Part shown: in pieces, positions 50,856 through 60,346 of the stretch
Layout: each line of letters starts with the position of its first letter
Position numbering within the stretch: the first letter of the stretch is position 1
Source of the DNA: Chara braunii
Taxonomy: Eukaryota > Plantae > Charophyceae
Length of the DNA stretch: 60,346 bases
Direction of reading: 5' to 3'
NCBI GenBank assembly: GCA_003427395.1
Contig: BFEA01000002.1
Span: 1,556,685-1,617,030 of the forward strand
Translations under genes and position numbers: made by a program
Notes under the pieces: model-generated
The model's database searches: none
What the model was told of the DNA's origin: nothing
What the model saw: only the letters and a program-made list of their open reading frames with translations

Positions 50856-51234
50856 TCATTAGGTCATACTAATTAGTCCCCAAAACCGCGAAATTTTTTG
50901 ACCTAACTGCCAAAATCGATTTTTTTTTTCTTTTTAGGTTTCGTTTTCTCAGCGCTACTTTCGTTTGTGAAAATCGCAAAATCCGAAATAGCGCAGCATC
51001 TGAAAATTTCGATTTTCGTTTTCTGTTGAAATTTGAAATTTCGTTGTTGAGAAATCCAGAATATTTTACGGAAAATTTCGATTTGTATGCCCTTTCGCAT
51101 TTTCCCGTTATTTCGAAAATTCCGAGAAAGTTTTTTGGAATCTCCGAAATTCCTTATTATCGCGATTTGATACTCGTACGGGAAATCCCTTTTGCCGTCA
51201 CGTTTGCAACTGCGCATCAGAGTAATTCCGAGAA

Positions 51235-51592
51235 TTTTTTTTACTTACGGAATTCCCTGAACTTGCGCTAATTTTTTTTCACAGTTCTATTATTCTTTAT
51301 TCATTATTATTCTTTGTTAATCATTTGCAGTCTGAAAATTTGAATTTGGTCATTTCGAATTTGAGGGAGATTGGGAGATCTACTGAACTTGCAAAGTCGA
51401 GATTGTTATTATTTTTTTACTTACGGAATTCCCTGAACGCGCTAATTTTTTTTCACAGTTCTATTATTCTTTATTCATTGTTATTCTTTGTTAATCATTT
51501 GCAGTCTGAAAATCTGAATTTGGTAATTTCGAATTTGAGGGAGATTGGGAGATCTACTGAACTTGCAAAGTCGAGATTGTTATTATTATTAT
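51235..51592 (+). repeat. Tandem duplication of ~178 bp
   Basis: TTTTTTACTTACGGAATTCCCTGAAC...GCAAAGTCGAGATTGTTATTATT occurs twice. Confidence 0.9.
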
Positions 51593-51988
51593 TATAATCA
51601 TTAATTTCTCGAATTTTTTTTTGCAAAAGTTCGAACTTTTCTTTTGATTAGTGGCTCCTTATCTGGGCGATTTATCCCACCCATCCGTCCCCACCTATGT
51701 TGTTGCCCCCTCGGGTCTCCTCTTCTTCATCTGTCTTCGGGTACCCCCTACTGTGGCATTGGTGAGTTGCCATGTCAGCAGGCCACGTCAGCAGACCATG
51801 TCAGCAGGCCACATCAGCAGATCACGTCAGCAGGCCACGTCAGCAGTGACACATCAGTGCCACATCAGCAGACCACGTCAGCAGCACACGTCAGCAACAC
51901 GTCAGCCGACAGGCGTGCCACGTCAGCAGCCGAGCAATGCCACGTCAGCAGCAGGGAGTGCCACGTCAGCGGTCCTCCGGCCTGGTCT

Positions 51989-53945
51989 ATGCTCGCGCAG
52001 TCGCAAACAGCCATCATGGACCAGAAGTCCGGGGAAACGGCCCCGGCCTATCAGGCCCAAATGCTGACTTTGATTACCGAAGCCAAGCAACGGGCGGATG
52101 CGGTAGCAGCCACAGAGAAGAAGAAGGCGGAGGACGCCGAGAAGGCACGTCTGTAGGCGATCGAACAGCAGCGCCAGCACGACGAGGCAGCAGCAAAGGC
52201 TGCCGATGAAGAACGCAATCAGCGATGCGAGGAGGTGTTCAGTGAGGAGAGAGCTTTGCTCACGATGGAAACGGCATGACGGACCGAGGCTGAAGATGGC
52301 AAATTCAGCGACAGCGGACCATGCATCTCGCTGTTGCTCTCCCACCTCACGGACCTTCTGGCCACGTGCATTGCACAACAGGAGGACATCCATAGCCTCG
52401 ATGATAAGGTGAAGAACCAGCAACGGACGTTGGGTCAGGTGAACAGCCGCCTCCTGCAGTTGGAGCAACGACCCATCACCGCCCCCGTCACCAGCTCCTC
52501 CAACACCTCCGACCAACTCAACGCATTGGAAGTCGACGTCGGCGCACTCAAGGATGTCATGCAGCTACAACAAACCGCGACTCAACAACTTGAGCAGCGG
52601 ATCTGCACCGCCGCCACTCACTCGAGCACATCACAACGCGAATCGACTCCGAAGTTCGAAAGTAAGGAGATCTTCTGCGACGCAACAAAGACGGACCCGA
52701 TTCCGTGGTTCCGCCAGTTCGAACTCAAGTTGCAGCTCCACCACGTCCACGAAGCGAAGCACCACGCGTACTTGTACTCCTGATGGGGGGGGGCGTGCAA
52801 AGCATGGATGGACAACCTCGTGTCTAAACACGACGTGATGGCGGCCGACTTGCATACCAAGATCAGCTGGGAGGATCTGAAGGCAGCATGACATGAGCGG
52901 TTCCAAATCGAGCCGTCGGAAATGAAAGCAATCGACAAGCTGATCAAGTTCCACCAAAACACGCTGTCAAGCGGAGATTGGATTGCCGAGTTCCAACGTT
53001 GACATCCGTACTAGGCGTACCAATGGGCTTTCAAGCCGTGAAACACTACTTCATCTTGAGGTCGTGTCCGACATTGTCCATGGCGCTGACTCAAGTCACA
53101 GACACGCTCACTACAACTGCGGAGCTCTTCGACAAGGCCGCGCAGATCATCGTCACGAACACGGAGGCCAAGAACCTCTCACCTGCGGCAGGCCCGAGCA
53201 GAAAACAACATTGGTCGAAAGTGGACGTGGTCGCGGCGGTAACGTCGACCGACCCCTCAAGCGAGGCCGTGTCTGCCAATGAAGGGGACAAACTCGCAGC
53301 CACCAGAGATGGTGGCCGCCCTGACAGAGGCAGAGGACGCGACAAATCGAAGACAAACACGACATCCCCCGAGCCCGCATTTATCACATGAGCGAGGAGG
53401 AGTTTACGGTCCTCCACGCGCAACTCGATGACTTTTTGGACAAGGGATGGATCCGCCCTAATAGCTCCCCATATGGAGCGCCAATTCTCTTCGTACGGAA
53501 GAAGAACAAGGATCTACGATTGTGCATCGATTACCGCATTGCCAAGCTCAACGCGCAAACCGTCAAGAATGCGGGGCCTCTTCCTCGTATTGACGATCTC
53601 CTTGAGCGATTGGGCGGCACAAAGTACTTTTCCAAGTTGGATTTGAAGTCGAGGTATCATCAGGTTTCAATCCGCTCGAACGGTCGCTATAAATCCGTGT
53701 TCAAGATCCGGTATGGACATTCTGAGTGGGTGGTCATGCCTTTTGGCCTCACCAATGCCCCAACGACCTTTCAAGCGGCAATGACCAACAAGTTCCGGGT
53801 GATGTTAGACCGTTTCGTGCTGGTCTACATCCTCGTCTATAGCCGGACCTTGGAGGATCATCTTGAACACCTTCAACGAGTGTTGGAGACGCTCCGCTGC
53901 GCGAAGTACAAAGTCAAATGTGACAAGTGCGAATTTGCCCAGCAA
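51989..53945 (+). pseudogene. gag (coiled-coil and retrotransposon-gag region) joined to an RT fragment; protease missing
   Basis: DPIPWFRQFELKLQL...ISWEDLKAA, then QLDDFLDKGWIRPNSSPYGAPILFVRKK...LCIDYR...MPFGLTNAPTTFQ. The YLDD motif is deleted. Confidence 0.88.
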
Positions 53946-54857
53946 GCTATGTGACACCTGCGGCCTAGGCCGCGAGCATTTCGGTCGCTGCGGCCGAAAA
54001 AGTCGGCCGCAGCCACGGCCTATGGTTTTAATATTTTTTTTTTACCCCTAAAAATACGTAAAAAACAAATAAATATAGGGGTGGAGGGCTTGGAAAACCC
54101 TACAATCCTATGTTTTTTATTTCGGAATCCGACTTCGTTTAAAAAAAAATTAAAATGAAAAATGAAACTCGATTTAAAAAAAAAAACCAGAAAAAAAAAA
54201 AGCAGGATTTTTATTTTGCCATTTTTTATCATGAGGGATATGGTCCCTGAGTTGTGCTATATATTTTTTTTAAATGATTTTAGGTTTTTTGTTGGTAAAT
54301 AAGGTGTTTAAAAAAAAACGAAGATGCAAAAAAAAAAAAAAAAAAAAAAAAAAACTTCAAAAAANNNNNNNNNNNNNNNNNNNNNNNNNNNNNNNNNNNN
54401 NNNNNNNNNNNNNNNNNNNNNNNNNNNNNNNNNNNNNNNNNNNNNNNNNNNNNNNNNNNNNNNNNNNNNNNNNNNNNNNNNNNNNNNNNNNNNNNNNNNN
54501 NNNNNNNNNNNNNNNNNNNNNNNNNNNNNNNNNNNNNNNNNNNNNNNNNNNNNNNNNNNNNNNNNNNNNNNNNNNNNNNNNNNNNNNNNNNNNNNNNNNN
54601 NNNNNNNNNNNNNNNNNNNNNNNNNNNNNNNNNNNNNNNNNNNNNNNNNNNNNNNNNNNNNNNNNNNNNNNNNNNNNNNNNNNNNNNNNNNNNNNNNNNN
54701 NNNNNNNNNNNNNNNNNNNNNNNNNNNNNNNNNNNNNNNNNNNNNNNNNNNNNNNNNNNNNNNNNNNNNNNNNNNNNNNNNNNNNNNNNNNNNNNNNNNN
54801 NNNNNNNNNNNNNNNNNNNNNNNNNNNNNNNNNNNNNNNNNNNNNNNNNNNNNNNNN

Positions 54858-54914
<57 letters not shown>

Positions 54915-55147
54915 AATACATTACCCAATGGCAAGAAATGCCACGAACCCCACAACAAGCTGCGGTACGACTGTTCTACTGCAGGTTTATAGGCTGCACC
55001 CAGTCTTATACGTATCTTCCGATCAATAAGCATACTCATTCCTCATCCTTCCTTTGATGCCAATACTCCCCACCTTTCAGAGTACTTCATACATCATTGA
55101 TGCAAAAATTCTCAACAACCACACTGTTTGCTTTGTGTACGAATCCC

Positions 55148-55441
55148 TCAGGCCTCATCTCCTTGTGTGATGATCATGGCGAGTACAACATAGAAGGATA
55201 ACATGAGGAGGAAGGTGAGTGTGACCCTGATTAGTCGGGAGGCGGGGAGTGATTTGTGCGTGTTGTTATGGTATAATGCCTCCTTGAGTTGGTTGATCTC
55301 TAAGCTGAGGGCCAAGTTTGCCCTCATAAGCTGTCTAATCTCCTGGTCATTTCTATTCTTCGTACATAGCGCAACGTTCTCGAAGTCATCTAATAGGGAG
55401 CGGTGCTGAGTGTAGATCTCCGAAAAATCGATGTGGTCCAT
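55148..55441 (-). CDS. Possible small coiled-coil protein with a C-terminal transmembrane segment (97 aa), unknown function
   Basis: Heptad-like IRQLMRANLALSLEINQLKEAL is followed by hydrophobic LIRVTLTFLLMLSFYVVLAMII. No homolog was recognised. Confidence 0.25.
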   Translation of the reverse strand: MDHIDFSEIYTQHRSLLDDFENVALCTKNRNDQEIRQLMRANLALSLEINQLKEALYHNNTHKSLPASRLIRVTLTFLLMLSFYVVLAMIITQGDEA

Positions 55442-58400
55442 TGTCTGATCTTCGTATAGTCGTTAGTCGAGGGGGCATCGTAGTGGTAATCAGGGGATAC
55501 AGATGGGGGATCCCCCCTTCTTATCAGGACGTCATTTAGTAGCGCAATATATCTTTCAATGGCGACCAGTTTTTCGGTGAAGGTTGCTCTAACAGGTGGG
55601 AGGTCATCCATAGTTGCACTAGGTGCAGTGGTAGTGTAAGCTTGTGACGGGCAGTTATCGGAGTAGGGTGGTGAGGATGTCACCAAGCTTTTGACGTGCT
55701 ATCTGGATGCTGGTGGGTAGTGGTTCGCAGAGGCTCATATGCCAAAGGTGTCATCAGCCGTGGTACACGATGGTGTCGATAAAGGGAGAGAGGGGAGAGG
55801 GGGAGGGAAGAGCAATAACACAGTGGCGATGTCAATTCCAAATGCCATAAATACCAAAATTCTCAGTTAAAATCCCCGTAAGTATGATCAATTTAAGTGG
55901 CTGGTATGGTGTCGGGGTCCAATCGTAGATACGTGAATAGTCACAGAGGACTAAAAACAGAAGAATCCTACTGTACTCGGGGTCTGGGGGATGCCGAGTA
56001 TATTGCCAACTCCTGGTTACAGTGCTAGTTCAGGGTGCGACGAGGGGGTGGGTTTTACTAGGCTCACTTATCGAGACCACCGTCCGTCCCCACGAGGGGG
56101 GTTGTAATACACATTGACTATCTTTGAGGTTTATCCTATGTGCTACCCAATAGATCGTGTATTAGCCCATACTAATTTAATAAACCGTGGACTCCACTGT
56201 TCTTTTAAGCAATCAAATGAGAAACTATTTTAGTTATGCATAGGGGAATGAGAGGGTCCGTGTGTACGTTCTTCAGAGTTTTTTACGCATATGCAACCAA
56301 TTAAGGTAGGGGCATCAGACTAGTTTATTCTACATGTATAACGGAAGAACCGCCAGGCTCATTGGTGGAAGTAGTAGGGCATGGCAGGTACACAATTCAA
56401 CTATTTGTGTCGAAGTGTGGCGTTCGAGCCGTCAAAAAACATCTATGCGAAGAGACAATAGAGACAACTGGTATGGGGAGGAGGGAAGGGGGGGAAAAAT
56501 ACGCATTCATTCAATCAATAACTCATATGCTATCTGGGCACTGGTAGTGAACTACCCCTTGTCTCGTTCGATGGTCCACAAAGTCCCACCACGGTATTGC
56601 ACAACGAATCTACAGACCTTATCGTACGAACTCGTAGAGCCGTAGCGTATTTGTTCCGTTTTTCAGGATCTTGTCGAACGTTCATGCCGTCAGAGCTCAC
56701 AAAAGGAAAACGGTACCATCCTGGGATTACACAAGTGCATAGAGGGTATGGGGGTTGTGTGTGAGCAGACAAGTGCTGGAATGCTATGCTTAAACGAGGT
56801 GCTCGTAGTCATCCAGATCGTCATGCGAGTGGCTCGGAACCCCTCTTCATGTTGCCGTCTGAATGATGCGGTTACTCGGGTCAACGAGATTCCAATAGTG
56901 CGAAGTTGGGGGCTGAAGACCGTGTAGAGCCCGAGTAGGGTGTAATAGGATGAAGGCGAGGAAATTTCAGTGGGTTTTAATGAGAGAAATAGTAAGATCA
57001 ATCATGCAAAATTCTAATAGCAGGTTTAAAAGTAAAGGGAATCAACCCAGTGTCCGGTATAAAAATTCTTCAAACAAGGAGGCGAATAGCCAAGGTGCTC
57101 GAATATGTGGTGAGAGCGGGGGTAGAGGGACGAGGGTTCCCAATCATTCATTGTCCAATTTCTCAGTTTGATCAAATAAGGTCCTATGTACCGAGAATCA
57201 CAGGTAGCGCACTAGGCCTAGCTTTAAAAATTGACAAGGTAAGATCCGTCATCATTTTGTCCGTTGAGTTCTCCAACAAATAATGAGTGGTCGATGCATT
57301 TAGCAGAAAAAATCTTCATAGACAATCGGAAGAACCGACGCCCTCCAGCCAAGAATTACAGACTGCGTCATTCTCATGTATGTAGAGTAGCACCATCTCT
57401 CCTCTCTCTCTTTCTTCCTCCCTCCCTTTTGCACACGCCATCCGGGTTCTAAACTCCTAACAAAAACCGACCAGGGATGAATCCGTTTATATCGAACATG
57501 GGGCCGATGCAATCGAGACAAGTATTATGCATACTCATAGTCCAATCCTCCAACATGATCAATCAAGGTTATATGTAGTCAGAAAAACTCAAGTGTAACA
57601 TACTAGGCTTGGCTAGTGTTCTCATAAAAAAGATCCAGCACTAATTCTGTCCGTTCGATCTCTGATGGAAGAAAACCAAATCCGATGAGAAGAAAAAAGG
57701 TGGCATGCTCGGCTTGGGCAAAGATAATTGCTGATATACCAAAAAAAACACACCACTATTGTATCTGTTTAATCCTCGATTAAGAAAAAAACAAAACAAA
57801 AGCAAAGACAAAAAACAAAAGGTCCTTATCTCCCTCCCTCTCCCTCTCTCCCCTTTCTATCTCTCTTTCTCACTCTCTCTCTCTTACTCTTCCTCCCTTT
57901 CTCCCCTTCTCTTTTTCCCTCCCTTCCTCTCCCTTTCTCTTACTCCCTCCTCCTGAAGAGTGAAAAAAACAAGTCTGACGATGTCAAACCCCGTCAGAAC
58001 CTGCTGAACATGGGGCTGAAGCATTAGAAACAAGGTTCATGCATGCCTAATCTACCAGCCAGGATTAAACAAGGTTTCGTGTAACAAACGACTCAAAGGT
58101 GGCGCATCAGGTCAAGACTAACTGCTAACGAATCGACCCTCTTGTGTCCGTTTAACATGAGAGGCTGATGTCACTATTGTATTTAGACAATAGGAAAGAT
58201 TCCATTAAATGTCGGTAAAAATATGGTCCCTCAGTCGAGAAGTTCAGATTGCGACATTCAGTATTCTATAGAGTAGCATTATCCTCTATTCTACCTGATT
58301 CTAGATATGGACGTGTCTACAAATAGTGGAAATAACAAGGACTTGGTAACGTCAACCCCATCTAGAAACAATCCAGAATAGTGGGTCGATGCGACTATCA

Positions 58401-58909
58401 TATTTAGACAGGAAAAAAAAAAGAAAACGAAAGAATCATTCTCCCGAGAGTTAGCAAAAACTACGGTTCTGTTTCAAAATTCTAGACTACGTTTGTAGAG
58501 CAGCATTCGTTTACTAGAATACGACGTACTAAGAACGACACCGCCTGCTGATGTCAATCCTACCCAGAGATAATTTCATTACGTAGATCCTGATGAGCTA
58601 GTCATATCGAAGGTGAGAATGAGGCCAGCTGAGGTGTTACCATACCAATACAGTTTGTCAGTCAGCTAATTATCGGTGCCAGACTACGAAGTACAGGTTC
58701 TATTCAATCATCCGGTTAGTAGGGGAGGGCCAGGTCGTGAGCATTCATACACGATTAGGTGAGGGTGATCCATCACACTTAGAGATAGAGGTCCACCAGA
58801 TAATCCATAGCCAAAGCACTCTATATCTGGAGTGACGATGCATAGTCATTGATGGATGACACATAGACAAACAAAAGAGGCTGGCGAAAGAACTCCCAAT
58901 CAAGCAGCG

Positions 58910-59830
58910 ATTGCCATGGACATCACTGGGCCGTTCCCCAAGCACAAGACCCGTGTGGACATAATTCTCATGGTGGCCGACCGACTCACCAAGTTCGCCA
59001 CGTTTTTGCCTTACCGCTCTCATGCCAAGGCGCCGGAGTTGGCCGGAGTTCTATACGTCGGTTGGATTCGAACCAAGGGTTACCCCAAGGAAATCGTCTG
59101 CGACCGCGACACTCGGTTCATGTCGGATGTTTGGTTGGCATTCATCAAACGATGGGGCTCATCTCTTAAGCTGAGTTCGGGTCGCCACCCCCGAACCGAT
59201 GGCCAAACGGAGAGGGCGCATCAGACCGTACAGGTTCTCCTTCGCACTCGCATCGGTGTCGACCAAAAGGATTGGGTTGACCAGCTGCCAGATGTCGAGT
59301 TGGCATACAACTGTTCCATCCATCCGGCTATCGGGATGTCGCCCTTTGAGTTTGAGCACGGCTCACCAGTCACTTCTTCATTGGACACAATCATTCCACG
59401 AGCAGCCGAGAGCGATGACCATCTTCTCTTCTTACGTCGGATACAAGAGCTACTTGTCAAGGCATGCGACCATATGGCAAAGACGCAGCAACGCATGAGC
59501 CAACAGGCCAATTGCCAGCGTCTTCCTTGTCCATTCCGCATCGGCGACCTCGTATGAGTTTCCGTCGTGGAATTCAACCTCGAACAAGATATCTCTCGCA
59601 AGCAGAACGTGACGATTTTCCCGGGCGATGATCGCAGGACGGTTTTCAAGAGGTTGGCGACATCATCTCCCAGCGACACTACGGCGACAGGTCGACCGAA
59701 TACTTGGTACACTTTGCGTACTGCACCCACAAAGTTGACCGTTGGTTGACCCGTGCGGAACTCCAAGCAACAACTCCAGATGTTCGCGCACNCTACGAAC
59801 GCAAGATGCAAGGCAAGCCGGTATCTTCAG
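58910..59830 (+). pseudogene. Gypsy integrase plus chromodomain-like remnant
   Basis: IAMDITGPFP...VADRLTK...IVCDRDTRF...HPRTDGQTERA...ELAYN, and YLVHFAYCTHKVDRWLTRAEL. Confidence 0.9.
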
Positions 59831-60346
59831 CTCCACGTCGCGCCCGCATCCAGGTTCCACCTTCAGATCGTCAGCTTCGCCCTCGACCCGGCTCGACTTC
59901 ATAAGGAGGGGCAGGTGTTACATGCTGCACCTGCACACGGGCCCCAGTTGAGGGGCCTAACGGTTGCTGAGGGGCCCCAGGCCGAATGCCATCAGACATG
60001 CGGCCTGGAGGCCCACGACGATCCCCAAGCCACAAACTCCAAATATAGGCGGCACTATAATTATTTATTTATTTATTTAATTATTTATTTAATAACTCAC
60101 CTATTGTCATATTCTGTGTCTGTGCAAACGTCGTTTCGGACTTGCACGCCCTAAGGCAACGCCTTGGGCCAGGTACANAGGGACGAGGCCCTTCTGAAAC
60201 CAGGCGCATTTTGGCGCCTGACTCAACGGTACCAATGTCNTTTTGGACTACAGGCACCAAGGCAGCGCCTTGGGCCAGGTACACAGGAACGGGGCCTGGT
60301 CAAGGTCGGGCGCCTTTTTGTGCCTGGTGCATCAGCAGCATGGTCT

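Larger units (their letters stand above)
49953..60346 (+). mobile_element. Second degenerate Ty3/Gypsy element; the 3' LTR runs off the window
   Basis: 5' LTR 49953-50664 (TGTTAC...GTATCA), PBS TGGTATTGGAGC at 50667-50678, PPT AAGGAGGGGCAGG at 59903-59915, and a homologous 3' LTR from 59916. Confidence 0.88.

Overview
This is eukaryotic, repeat-dense genomic DNA with about ten scaffold gaps and many GA/CA/poly-A microsatellites. The TE style suggests a streptophyte alga such as Chara, but that is an inference and not proven. Only one host gene is clear: an uninterrupted 861-aa MSH5 (meiotic MutS-gamma) ORF at 3695-6280. Directly downstream is a ~750-bp inverted repeat built partly from MSH5's own 3' coding sequence, and a second short inverted copy of the stop-codon region. 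Together these are a candidate cis-linked hairpin-RNA/proto-miRNA locus and the most interesting signal in the window. The rest is nested, decayed mobile DNA. It includes a full-length Ty3/Gypsy chromovirus (12369-25903; matching CGAGG TSD, tRNA-Met PBS, PPT) carrying about five secondary insertions, and a second Gypsy element (49953 to window end). There are also minus-strand Gypsy remnants, L1/Tx1-like LINE pieces (one with a twin-priming-type 5' inversion), tRNA-derived SINEs, hAT/MULE/mariner/Harbinger-like non-autonomous elements and a split U6 snRNA-derived copy. All coordinates were read by eye, and no database searches were run.
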